NCBI GenBank assembly: GCA_951406725.2
Contig: OX597822.1
Coordinates: 46,748,001-46,812,000 of the forward strand
Length of the DNA stretch: 64,000 bases
Direction of reading: 5' to 3'
DNA from: Octopus vulgaris
Lineage: Eukaryota
Below, piece by piece: positions 24,620-37,137 of the stretch (the first letter of the stretch is position 1; the number at the start of each line of letters is the position of its first letter). Below the pieces are notes generated by a model, which was given only the letters and a program-made list of their open reading frames with translations, searched no databases and was not told where the DNA came from. The position numbers were made by a program, and so were the translations under genes.

Positions 24620-25070
24620 CCTTTCTAGTAGAAGTACAAGGCCTCAAATTTGGGGGAAGGATTAAGTTGATTACATCGACCCCCAGTTTGTAACTGGTTC
24701 TTAATTTATCGATCTCGAAAGGATGAAAGCCAAAATCAAGCTCAGCAGAATTTGAACTCAGAATGTAACGGTAGATGAAATACCACTAAGCATTTAGCCT
24801 GGCATGCTAATGATTGTGCCAACTCACTGCCTTTTCTTTCTTTATAAGAGTAATAGCAATAATAATAATAATAAAATTAATAATAATTGCTTCTAATTTA
24901 AGCACAAGGCCAGGAATTTTGAGGGAAGTGGGAGAATTGATACCATGGACCCTAGTGATACCAAGACGAAGTCGACCTTGGCAGGATTTGAATCTAGAAA
25001 ATAAAAAGCCAGAATAGATAATGGGAAAGTATTTTTTGTTGGACATTGTAATGATCCCACCAATTCACAA
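24620..25070 (-). mobile_element. Two family A SINEs
   Basis: Reverse-complement family A motifs. Confidence 0.8.
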
Positions 25071-25991
25071 TCCTAAATAATGATAATAATAATAATAATC
25101 TTAACTGATTGGAGGTGTTGACATGTACATGTTTTGTCTTGGTGTAAAATATGGGCTCAGCAAATATTCTGCTCATTACCATAGATTTGCTTTTCATTTG
25201 TTTGACCATAACTGGTTGAGCATGTCCTTTAGTGGCTGATTGTGAGCAGAAGTGGTGGAGGAGCATCATGGCCATGTGTTGAGAAGAATTCGTAGGGGTT
25301 TGAATAATTCACCTCTGAAAATATCGGTGCTTGCATAGGGTATTTTTAGCTGTGAGGTTAAGGTTCCAGACTACTACTTCTTGTAGAGTAAAAGTAAAGT
25401 TACCTTCTCGCATCATACCAACTCATAATAGCCAGTTTCCTGGTTTCATGGTGTATGAATTCCCCACCTGGACTGGATGCTGGTCTGCCACAGTGTTACG
25501 CATTTTTGCCAGCTGAGTGGACTGGAGCCACGGAAAATGAAGTGTTTTGCTCAAGAACACAACGCATCACCCAGTCCAGGAATCGAAACCACAAACTTAC
25601 AATCAAGAGTCCAACACTCTAACCTCTAAACCATGCACCTTAACCAGACTACTGCTTGTTGTGTGGTTAATCCAGGTTTTTGTAGCTTCTACATTTTGTG
25701 ATATACCATTTTTGTTTTCATTTTAACACTAGATTGTCTATGCTTTCATGGGTTGGATTGTGTATTGGATCAAATTTTTTATGGCCAGATGCCTTCCCTG
25801 TCACTAACCCTCACTTGTTTCCAAGCAAAGTAATATTTTCCCCATGGCCAGGCATGTTTTCACAGAATATCGCAAATGCATGATACTGCTTGTATGACCA
25901 TGACGCTGACGGCTATCATGCAATGTCAAGACAAGGGGATTCCAAACATACACACACTCACTACCACACACACATATATTTATATATATAA

Positions 25992-26220
25992 GGCGGCGAG
26001 CTGGCAGAACCGTTAGCACACCGGGCGAAATATGTAACCGTATTTCGTCTGCCGTTACGTTCTGAGTTCAAATTCCGCCGAGGTCGACTTTGCCTTTCAT
26101 CCTTTCGGGGTCGATAAATTAAGTACCAGTTACGCACTGGGGTCCATGTAATCGACTTAATCCGTTTGTCTGTCCTTGTTTATGCCCTCTGTGTTTAGCC
26201 CCTTGTGGGTAGTAAAGAAA
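25992..26220 (+). mobile_element. Young family A SINE nested in a minus-strand family D SINE (about 25720-26385)
   Basis: CpG-intact GGCGGCGAGCTGGCAGAACCGTTAGCAC...GAGTTCAAATTCCGCCGAGGTCGAC; ATATATTTATATAT on both sides (TSD-like). Confidence 0.9.
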
Positions 26221-26887
26221 TATATATTTATATATTTAACAGGCTTCCTTCAGTTTCCATCTAAGTTCACTCAGATGACTTTGTTTGACCTGGGGCTAAA
26301 GTAGAAGACACCCAAGGTGCTGTGTTGTAGAACTAAACTTGAAATTATGTGGTTGGGAAGCACTTCTGACCCACACAGCAATGCCTGATTGGCCAAGCTT
26401 TCCATTAGTTGATTTGATCAATGGTATGGCATGCTCATGAAATTAATGTTCAAGTAGCCAAGTGCTCCACAGAGACATGTACCGTTAATATAGTTCTCAG
26501 GGTGATTCAGCATGACACAGAATGTGACAAGGCTGGCTCTTTGAAATACAGGTACAACTTAACTTTTGTCAGCTGAGTGGACTGGAGCAATGTGGAGTTA
26601 AAGCTTATAAATTAAAATGAAATATTTTGTTTTGTCTGAAGACATTACAAATGAGGAGAGTCAGTTGTCTCCATCAAAAAATTAAAAAAAAATTTTTAAA
26701 AAAAGGAACAAAGCAAAAATACAGAATACATGTTTGCTCAGGAAAAACTGTGAAAATTGTCCTCTGACTGGTTGCAAGTAAGTGCTTGAGTGAACTCCAT
26801 TTCATAAGGCTGGTAGTTCAATTCAGTGTTGTGGGATTGTGTATTTGAACAGCAGGCTGTATTGTAAGCATTCCCATTCACCTACAT

Positions 26888-27197
26888 CAGTGGTTCCCAA
26901 AGTGGGTAGTATTGTTCCCCTGGAGGCAGTGAAAAGTTCCTAGGAGGTGCTGAAGGAAAGTGGGGCGATAATGGGGTCGTGATTCATGTAAAAATTGGGG
27001 TGATAATGGGGTGGTAATTCATGTAAAAACAACAAAATGATGGGTTCATTGGGTTATATTTTATTTGTGAAATACAGTTGTTTTGAATTTGCTTCAGAAA
27101 GAGGTCTATGTTTGTGATGGTTAGTTGGGGTGGTGGCGCTAGGAATTTGGCCTAGGTGTCAAGGAAGCGGCAGTCCGAAAAAGTTTGGGAACCACTG
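26888..27197. mobile_element. hAT-type MITE
   Basis: 14-bp TIR CAGTGGTTCCCAAA / TTTGGGAACCACTG and perfect 8-bp TSD ACCTACAT. Confidence 0.92.
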
Positions 27198-27403
27198 ACC
27201 TACATGACAAGGATCTGAGAGTTGAGATAGGCCAGGTTCCCATTTCAAAACATTTATCTCTCATCTACTGAACACTTTAAAATTGAAATGAAGACAAGCA
27301 CAGATTTTTGAAGACTCCTTGAAATAAAAATATTTTAAAAAAAGAACCATTTTATATACAGTTTGGCAGAAATAAAGACATGTATGCTCATCTATCTATT
27401 TTT

Positions 27404-27502
27404 ATTATTCTTAAACAAGAATATTATTGACAGTGACTTCGAAGTTTTGACCAGTTAAGCCAAACATCAAAGTCATTGTCAATATTCTTGTTTAAGAATA
27501 AT
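27404..27502. repeat. AT-rich inverted repeat / hairpin
   Basis: ATTATTCTTAAACAAGAATATT(ATT)GACAGTGACTTCGAAGTTT pairs with AAACATCAAAGTCATTGTCAATATTCTTGTTTAAGAATAAT. Confidence 0.85.
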
Positions 27503-28019
27503 GAATCTGTACTTAAGAAAAGTATAGAGTAACTCCACAGATTAATGTAAAATTGTTTTTATTATAACAACATTAACACACACACACATATATTCTGTGG
27601 GATGGTTTCATTCAAAGCTGAAGACCCCTTACATCATTATCATCACACCAGTTTTCTACTCTGTATACATTCATTTAACTAAACAAATGCTTACCAACTA
27701 TGCTAGAAATCTCTATTATAATTTCAATGGCAGTTAATCAGTAGACTCGATCGAGCATCAACCAAAATCGTTTGCAGTATCTGTTTTGTCCCTTTGTTTT
27801 TTAAATTCTGGTTGTGCCAGAATCAACTTTGCCTTCCATCTTTCTCAGGTTGATGACATAAAGTAACAGTCAGTTTCTGGGCTCATTAGTATTAATTAAG
27901 CCCCTTTCTTAAATTTCTAGGGCTGTGTCTATCTGTATTAGAGACAATTGTTTAAGGATAACACAGACAGAATCATTAGAACATCTGATAAAATGGCCAG
28001 GCCAGTGGATGAGGAGAGC

Positions 28020-28350
28020 CTGCGCCATTGCTGCATTCACCATTTGTTGGTGTATTCCCAGGTCCTCTTGGGCAACCCATTGAACAGAGTTTGAGTAAGT
28101 CCCCATCTCTCTGAGATCCTTCCTCATCAGCCATGACCATGTAACATGTGGTCCTGAACTTCTTTGATACCAGGATGCTTTGCAGGATTATGGGTCACTC
28201 TTGGTCAGATTTTCTATCCAACCAATGACTCTTTTCGGAAGCTTGGGATATATCCTGTTATTGTATGGATTCAGGAGTAACCACCTCAAACAATTTGGCC
28301 ATGTTGCTCAATTTCCCAAGTTAGACCCTGTTTACCCTGTTCTCTTCTCC
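28020..28350. mobile_element. RTE-clade LINE 3' fragment with internal inversion
   Basis: Plus strand 28160-28350 reads CRIMGHSWSDFLSNQ*L...LKQFGHVAQFP; minus strand 28158-28020 reads GPHVTW..LMRKDLREMG...WVAQED...MVNAAM (the next part of the RTE ORF C-terminus). Confidence 0.7.
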
Positions 28351-28995
28351 AAGTACTTAGCTGGGTTGATGGCTCATGTTGGTTGACCACATACCACCTA
28401 ATCATGGCAGATGAAGAGGAAGTATAGACAAAAGAATAATCATTATTTGTCACGGCTCTTAAAGTTTTGAGTTCAAATCTTGCTAAAATCAACTTTGCTT
28501 TTCATCTTTTTGGGATCATTGAGAGGAAATACCAGTCAAGCATCGGAATCTAATGTAATTGCATGTTTTCCTTTCACAAACAAAATACTGGCCAAAATTA
28601 GAAATAAATTATTACTTTGGGTCTGTTATGTAACCTGTCTCTGTGTTCTTTTTTAAGGAGAATGTACACATTTAGTATTGTAGAAAAGCTGTGAGGAAAT
28701 GTTCTAAACTAGGAATATTTGCCAAAGATATTTGGAAGCACAAACATCTGCTTCTTCATTCCCCTTTACCTATTATATATATCTGCATGTGTGTGAGCGT
28801 ATTCACATATATAGAGGCAATTATGCAGATAAATGCCTCCATATCTGCTCAACTTGATTCCTCTTATATCTGTTCTTTACCTAAGTTTGAATCATTTGAG
28901 CGCTACTAAGTGTCTTCTTTACTAAGAATCTCTGGATCTCATCTTTTGGCTATTTATATATATATATGTATATGCATCTCTCTCATATATATATT

Positions 28996-29331
28996 ACAGA
29001 GATGTACTTGCATAGCAAGTGACCTGATCTGAGATTGTGTGCTGGAACGAAGACAATTGCAGTGTGGAAGGTTTTAATAAGCCATTTAAAACACACAAAA
29101 ACCGTTAGATTCACTTCAACACTTAAATTTACTTTGCCACAATATTTTCATCGCTTTGAGACTGCAACCTGTCCACTCACAAGATGCAGCACAAAAATTT
29201 TGTCAGCGAACAGGTCGTTGTCTCAAAGCAACAAAAATATTTTGGCAAATTAAATTTAAAAGTTGAAGTGAATCTAACGGTTTTTGTGTGTTTCTTAGAT
29301 GGCTTATAAACACCTTCCATGCTGCAATTGT
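28996..29331. mobile_element. Fold-back element family P2 (full unit plus partial inverted copy) in (TA)n
   Basis: About 130-bp arms 29053-29182 and 29198-29331 plus a one-sided extension GATGTACTTGCATAGCAAGTGACC; second copy at 62588-62967. Confidence 0.85.
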
Positions 29332-30039
29332 GTATATATGTATGTATATATATATATATATATGTGTGTATATGTATGTATGTATGGTTTATCTACCTTT
29401 CAGCCTTACTCTTTCTGGCAGTCTATCTCCCCATTACCTCCCCTCCTCCTTCCTATACATCTTGCAAGCTTATTCTTCAATTTACCTTGTACCTTGTGAG
29501 GTCATCTAGGCACCTTATCACCATTATTTATCTCTTACAGCTCCTACTGTTCATTTTCTCTGCTTTCTTTTTCCCCTACTAGATGTAAGTAACCATGCAG
29601 ATACCCCACAAAAATTTGCATTGCTTCTCTTTTCTGGAGATAAATCCCTTAAGCCACTAGCATATAACTGACTTCCCCAACCTAGGGGAGCTGTGAGCTG
29701 TATGGCAATCTCAGTAGGGTCAGTGGCACCAAAAAAGCAACCAGTTTATGCTGTATAATGGTTTGCATTAGGAAGAGCACCCAGTCATAGAAACTGTGCT
29801 AAAACAGACACTGGAACATGATGCAGCCCTTGGACACATTGCATCCTGTCAAACTGTTCAGCCGTTGCTAGCATGAATGATGATGATGTTTGTGTGTATA
29901 CACACTTTATTTGTAGGTTGATACAATGCTACCAATGATACCATGTTGGGAAAAATCTCTCAACAATTATCAAGCCTGCCACATGGGAACATTGGTATTT
30001 GTCTCCATCTCAGATGTGAATACATGAAGCTACACAAAG

Positions 30040-30083
<44 letters not shown>

Positions 30084-30086
<3 letters not shown>

Positions 30087-30316
30087 GGTTGGCGAAAAAT
30101 CACCCGACAGTAAATCAAAATTCCATAAATACTTAATATTCAATTTTATTTATTCATTCCAATTATGAATGTTTAGTAATTGAATGCTGTGAGTTAAAAT
30201 CACTGTTTTTGCCAAAATTTGACTTTTTTAGCAAAGTCTCTTTCAGTTGTTAAACATAAATAAATCTTGGAATTAATGGTTTTGATTTACTATCAGATGA
30301 CTTTTGGCTAACCCTG
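30084..30316. mobile_element. Tc1/mariner-type MITE
   Basis: TA|CAGGGTTGGCGAAAAATCACCCGACAGTAAATCAAAA...TTTTGATTTACTATCAGATGACTTTTGGCTAACCCTG|TA. Confidence 0.88.
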
Positions 30317-31004
30317 TATGTGTGTATATATATATATATATTATATTGAGCACTTTCATGTACTTGTGATACAGGATTCAAGCTGAAATATACATCACAC
30401 ATTCTAGTCATCATCATCATCATTGTTTAACATCCATTTTCCATGCTGCCATGGGTTGGATGGTTTGACAGGAGCTAAACTGTCCAACTCATGCCAGCAT
30501 GGAAAGCAGACGTTAAATGATGATGATGATGACTACAATGAGGGATATTCGTTCCCCACAAATGTGAATCGATTACTTGCACAACGCTCACTTCAATGCT
30601 TTTGTCTATATTTACCTTGAAAGACATTGGTTGGCATATTAGTCTAGCCATCTGAGATTCTTGGGGTGGCAAGTTGTCCACTGGAATGAGGGAACCAAAT
30701 CAATGAGAGGCAGGTGGGGGTTGCATCAGCATTTCTCTTTTGATCTAATTAGATTTACACAGTTAAGATAGGCTTTTTATGCAGTCACATTTTAATGTGC
30801 ATGTATATGTGTGTGTGCATACATATATATATATATTTATAAATAAGAATAAGATAGATATTTAAATATCAATCTTATCAAGTGGCCAGCATGGGAATAT
30901 AGTACTCTCCTAGTGCTATATGAACATTTAATGTGACTTTAGGGTCAGGTTTTGACTGCTATTTCAGCGTGGTGGTATCTGTCAGATACCCTAACTTATA
31001 ATTT

Positions 31005-31042
<38 letters not shown>

Positions 31043-31690
31043 TACAGTCTCATGTATACATATGCTGGACCATTGAAATCTACAAGTTTTTTTTTTCATT
31101 CTCTCTCTGTTTATTTTCTCTTATTCCTATCAGTTGAAGAGCATAGGTTCGAAATATAAAAGACTTTTTTTATTTTCCCGAGCGTCAAACTAATACACTT
31201 GCTTGTTGTTCATACACCTGTCTTCATCTTTTGTTTTTCTATGAATTTCAACTACAAGTATATATATATATATATGTACATGTATGTATGTATACTTATA
31301 TATATGTGTGTATATAAACACATACATTGCTTAAGGTAGGACAAATGAGAAAAAGTGTGCTCAAAACATGTTATAGAGGATGGATTCTTTTTTATTTAAA
31401 CTGAAGCTAAAAGTTTGTTTTGTAGTTCAAGTTTCATTAAGTAAGAAAAACGCAAGTTTTAGTGAGCAATATAATACATCTTTAGTACTTAAATATTCCT
31501 GGATGATAAAATAATGGAGTAAGAAGCAGGTTTTTAGTGTATCATTTCTCCGACATTGATTCAGTCCTATGCGTTGGAACCATCTGTTCTCATTCACATC
31601 TTAGGAAAGGCAGGAATCACACAATCTCCCATTATTTTTCTCTTCCTCTTCCAAGATATATACATATAAATGTATGCATATATATATATA

Positions 31691-31738
<48 letters not shown>

Positions 31739-31740
31739 AA

Positions 31741-31980
31741 AAGGGTAAAATTAATTAATAATTTTACCAAGTAGATCAGTACATTAAAATAACCTTTTTA
31801 GGTAAAATTATACAAATATTCTATAATTATAAGCATAATTATAATTAGGGGTCAGCTAATTGCTTCACCATGCACCGAATTTAGAAATAGGAGTTAAAAT
31901 TCCTTTTCTGCTACTGTGCGTGGTGAAGCAATTAGCTGACCCCTAATTATAATTATGCTTATAATTATAGAATATTTGTG
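31741..31980. mobile_element. Fold-back element family P3
   Basis: 64-bp arms 31812-31875 and 31916-31979 with a single mismatch, plus a one-sided 70-bp extension; homologue at 62986-63400. Confidence 0.9.
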
Positions 31981-32480
31981 TGTGTATATATATATATGCA
32001 TTTATATGTATATTTATATACATGCACATATATATATACATACATTGTGTGTGTGTATATATATATATATATATACACACACATAATATGTGTGTGTATG
32101 TATATGTAGGTGTTTTGCACTTTGCCCAAAATATGCAATAGCCTCATATTTAAATTCCTCTAAGTCTCCCCTGAGCCAGCCATCCTCCTGAAGGCTTAAA
32201 TATATAGTTGTTTTTGTTTTAAATAATTTTTTTTGTTGGTGTGTATGATGTGTCATATAAACATATATATTTTTTAATGATGTATCATATGTATTTTATG
32301 ATGTATCATATTTTCAGACATTTTGGACATTACTGGGGTAAGAGAAATTCTTTTTTTTTTTTTTTCATTTTGGAATATTAATATGTAAATGTTTGCATGG
32401 GTGAGTGAGTGAGAAAGAGTTTAATACGTGAATGAGGATTGAAGTCAAACATGAACTGTATTATATATTGATTGTATCGG

Positions 32481-32525
32481 AATAAATTTAACAAAATAAT
32501 TTTTTTCTATTTATTTTCCATTTGT
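32481..32525 (+). terminator. Candidate cleavage/polyadenylation signal
   Basis: AATAAA at 32481-32486, several upstream TGTA motifs (32281, 32290, 32457, 32473), downstream T-rich tract; a repeat array starts immediately after. Confidence 0.5.
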
Positions 32526-32559
32526 AATAATAATGATAACAATAATAATAATAATAATA

Positions 32560-34725
32560 ATTTATTTCTTTATTGCCCACAAGGGGCTAACCATAGAGGG
32601 GACAAACAAGGACAGACAAAAGGACTAAGTCGATTACATTGACCCCACATAGCAAAACGTTCAGTTTGCTGTTACTTAAGCTCTCAGGGTGAGACTTGGG
32701 ACAGCTCTTATAAAACCAAGCAACAATAATGGAACTATCAATAATAATAATAATAATAATAATCCTTTCTACTAAAGGAACAAGGCTTGAAATTTTGTGG
32801 GAGAGGACTAGTCATTAATATCAACCCAGTGTTTCACTGGTACTTAATTTATCTACCCTGAAAGGATGAAAGGCAAAGTCAACCTCGGTGGAATTTGAAC
32901 TCAGAACATAAAGATGGACAAAGCGCTGCTAAGCATTTTGGCCAGCATGCTAATGGTTCTGGCAGCTCACCGCCGTAATAATAATAGTCATCATCATCGT
33001 TTAATGTCCACTTTCCATGCTAGCATGGGTTGGACGATTTGACTGAGGTCTGGCGAACCAGATGGCTGCACCAGACTCCAATCTGATCTGACAGAGTTTC
33101 TACAGCTGGAGGCCCTTCCTAACGCCAACCACTCCGATAGTGTAGTGGGTGCTTTTACGTGCCACCGGCATGAGGGCCAGTCAGGCAGTACTGGCAATGG
33201 CCATGCTCAAATGGTGCTTTTTATGTGCCACCTGCACAGGAACCAATCCAGTGGTACTGGCAACGACCTCGCTCGAATAATAATAATAATAATAGTAATA
33301 ATAGTTTCAAATTTTGCTACAAGATCAACAGGTTTGAGGGTAGGGGCTAAGTTGATGAAATCAACCCGAGTGTTCAACTGGTATTTATTTTATTGATCCT
33401 GAAAGGATGACCGGTGAAGTCGATCCTGGCAAAATTTGAACTCATAACATAAAGACAAATGAAATGCTGCCAAGCATTTTGGCCAACATGCCACCTTTAG
33501 GTAATAACAATAATAATGATAATAATAATAATAATCCTTTCTACTATAAGCACAAGGCCTGAAATTTGGTAGGGTGGGGGATTAAGTCGATCACATCGAC
33601 CCCAGTACTCAACTGGTACTTGATCTGTCGACCCCAAAAGGATGAAAGGCAAAGTCAACCTTGGTGGAATTTGAACTCAGAACACTAAATACCATTAAGT
33701 ATTTCGCCTAGGGTTCTAACAATTCTGCCAGCTCACAACCTTAATAATAATAATAATAATCCTCTTTATTTTAGGCACAATACCTGAAATTTTGTGGGTA
33801 GGGGACTAATCAATTATACTGACCCTAGTATACAGCTTGTACTTATTTTTTTGACCCCAAAAGGATAAAAGGTAATGTCATCCTTGGCTGATTTTAAACA
33901 TAAAGACAGATGAAGATGCTGCTTAGTAGTTTGTCCAGCTAACGAATCTGTCTCACCAACTTAATAATAATATTGATTTCAAATTTTGACACTAAGCCAG
34001 CAATTTCGGTGGTGATAGTAGGAGAGGGGGAGGTGGCAAGAAGATTACATCGACCCCAGTATTCAACTGGTACTTGTTTTTATAGATCCCAGAAGGATGA
34101 ATGGTAAAGTTGACCTCGGCTGAATTTGAACTCAGAATGTAAAAACATGAATTGATGCTTAGCATTTTGTCCAGCATGCTAACGACTCTACCAGCTCACC
34201 ACTTTAATAAGGTCTCAAATTTGGGGGAAGGGATTAAGTTGATTACATCGAACCCAGTGCATAACTGGTACTTATTTAATCAATCCTGAAAGGATGAAAG
34301 GCAAAGTCGACCTCAGCGGAATTTGAACTCAGAATGTAGTGGCAGATGAAATACCACTAAGCATTTCGCCTGGTGTGCCTACGATTCTGCTAGCTCGCCA
34401 CCTTAAATACTAATAATGATAATAATAATTTCTGATTTCAGTGCAAAGCCAACAATTTTGATGGGAAGGGTCTGTTGGTTAGTTGGTACCATTAACCCCA
34501 ATACTTGATTGTACTTTACTTCATTGACCCCTAGAAGGATAAATAGAAAAGTTGACCTTGGTGAGCTCAGAAGTTGAGAGCTAGAGGTAACACTGCAGAG
34601 CATTTCATGAACTGCTCTAATAATTCCTGCGAATAAAAAGGCACAAGGCCAGCAATTTTAATGGGAGGAATTTAGACAATACCCTTCATTCCAGTACTTG
34701 ACCGATACTTTATTTTATTGACCTC
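32560..34725 (-). mobile_element. Head-to-tail array of about 8 family A SINEs with one family C copy (32988-33278)
   Basis: Repeated minus-strand family A units with (AAT)n linkers. Confidence 0.85.
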
Positions 34726-34867
34726 TTGGGAGTACATGCTGTGATAGTTTGATATAGTAAGAAGCCACTTGTCTAAAAGAAGTTGACCAGCTCAATGCTT
34801 TGACAGGAGATACTAATACTAGACAGGGTTGAAAAGTAATAATACTTTATTAAATTTTATATATATA

Positions 34868-35143
34868 TCTATATACATAAATGTGTAATGGTGTCTGTGT
34901 GTGTGTGTTTGGGGTTACTCTAACTCCTCCCACACCATCCAACCAATTTTAATGATTTTTTTGACACATAGGTAGATCACATGACCTGAAGTTTGAATAA
35001 GGCCAGAATTTTTCGAAAACTCGCAAATGCTCAGTTGCCATCAATTTTTGAGAGCTCAATTGAGCGTTTGAATAGAAATTCCCATAATGATGTTAATTTT
35101 TCCTTCTTAATGAGTAATAGTTGGCATAGGGAATGTAAGCTAG
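34868..35143 (+). mobile_element. Non-autonomous Helitron-like element
   Basis: Begins A|TCTATATACATAAA, short GT microsatellite, ends CTAG|T, no TSD, inserted in (TA)n. Confidence 0.6.
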
Positions 35144-35172
35144 TATATATATATATATATATATATATATAA

Positions 35173-35430
35173 TCATCATCATCATTTAACGTCCGCTTGC
35201 CATGCTAGCATGACTTGGATGATTTTGACTGAGGGCTGGCGAATCAGATGGCTGCACCAGGCTCCAATCTTGATCTGACAGAGTTTCTACTGCTGGATGC
35301 CCTTCCTAATGCCAACCACTCTGTGAGTGTAGTGGGTGCTTTTTACATGCTACTGGCACGGGGGCCAGTCAGGCGGTACTGGCAACGACCTCGCTCGAAT
35401 CTTTTTACATGTGCCACTGGCATGGAAGCT
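35173..35430 (-). mobile_element. SINE-like family C
   Basis: (CAT)n tail, GGATGCCCTTCCTAATGCCAACC, two hairpin modules. Confidence 0.85.
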
Positions 35431-35445
35431 GGTTAGCCGCTCTGT

Positions 35446-35507
<62 letters not shown>

Positions 35508-35509
<2 letters not shown>

Positions 35510-36034
35510 GGCACAGGAGTGGCTGTGTGGTAAGTAGCTTGCTTACCAACCACATGGTTCCGGGTTCAGTCCCACTGTGTGGCACCTTGGACAGGTGGAT
35601 TTGGTAGACAGAAACTGAAAGAAGCCCATTGTATATGTGTGTGTTTGTGTTTCTCCCCACTTACTATTGTTTGACAACCGATGCTTGGGTGTTTACGTCC
35701 CCGTAATGTAGCGGTTTGGCAAAAAAAAACAATAGAATAAGTACTAGGCTTACAAGCAATAAGTCCTGGGGTCAATTTGCTCGACTAAAGGTGGTGCTCC
35801 AGCATGGCCACAGTCATATGACTGAAACAAGTAAAAGAGAATATATATATGTGTGTGTGTCTATATATTCTTTTACTTTGACTACGGCCATGCTGGAGCA
35901 CCGCCTTTAGTCAAGGAAATCATCCCCAGGACTTATTCTATCAGTCTCTTTTGCCAAACCACTAAGTTACGGGGACATAAACACACCAGCATCAGTTGTC
36001 AGGCAATGTTGAAAGAGGACAAACACAGACACAA

Positions 36035-36067
<33 letters not shown>

Positions 36068-36235
36068 CACACGATGGGCTTCTTTCAGTTTCCGTTTACC
36101 AAATCCACTCACAAGGCTTTGGTCAGCCTGAGGCTATAGCAGAAGACACTTACCCAAGGTGCCACGCAGTGAGACTGAACCCAGAACCATGTGGTTGGTA
36201 AGCAAGCTACTTACCACACAGCCACTCCAGTGCCT
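35508..36235. mobile_element. Tail-to-tail inverted pair of family B SINEs
   Basis: Plus copy 35508-35840 and minus copy 35868-36235 about 30 bp apart. Confidence 0.88.
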
Positions 36236-36799
36236 ATATATATATATTATACAAACACACACAGAAGAATAATTAGGAATGAAAATGACAAAGGAATAAA
36301 AAATTATGTCAGATATTGGAAATGTATTTTAAGTTCTAACACCAGGTTATTAGTATCACTGTGCCTAAGGGAAATGAAAGATGTGTGTGTGTGTATGTAT
36401 GCGTGTGTGTGTGTGTGTGTATTTGTATGCATCCATGTCTAGACATGTAATGGATGTAAATCTTCATCGTCGTCGTCATAGTGATATGCATTTGTTCCCC
36501 ATCTTCTGAGTTGGTGACAGGAAAGGTGTATGGTCATAGAAAATCCACCTCAACAAATTCCATCCAACCCATGCAAACATGATGATTATGATGATGATGG
36601 TTTGCCTCCAAGGCCTGCAATTTTGAGAGAGAAAGGGGCCAGTCAGTCACATAGAGCCTGATGCTTAATTGGTCATCTTCATGTATTGTATGCTTTACAG
36701 TGAATTAATGGCACTACGATTGAAGTGTTCATGATTAAGTGCGATTTCTCCCATCGGATCTAGCCATAACGTTACCTGATTCTGACTTTTATTTATTTA

Positions 36800-37137
36800 T
36801 TCATTTACTTGTTTCAGTCATTTGACTGTGGCTATGCTGGAACACAGCCATTTAGTTGAACAAATCGACCCCAGGACTTATTCTTTGTAAGCCTAGTACT
36901 TATTCTGTCGGTCTCTTTTGCGAAACCGTTAAGTTACGGGGATGTAAACACACCAACATCAGTTGTCAAGCGACGATGGGGGAACAAACACAGTCACACA
37001 AACATATATATACAATGGGCTTCTTTCAGTTTCCGTCTACCAAATCCACTCACAAGGCTTTGGTCAGCCCGAGGCTATAGTAGCGGTCACTTGCCCAAGG
37101 TGCCACGCAGTGGGACTGAACCAGGAACCATGTGGTC
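36800..37137 (-). mobile_element. SINE family B
   Basis: Reverse-complement consensus, relatively CpG-intact. Confidence 0.88.
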
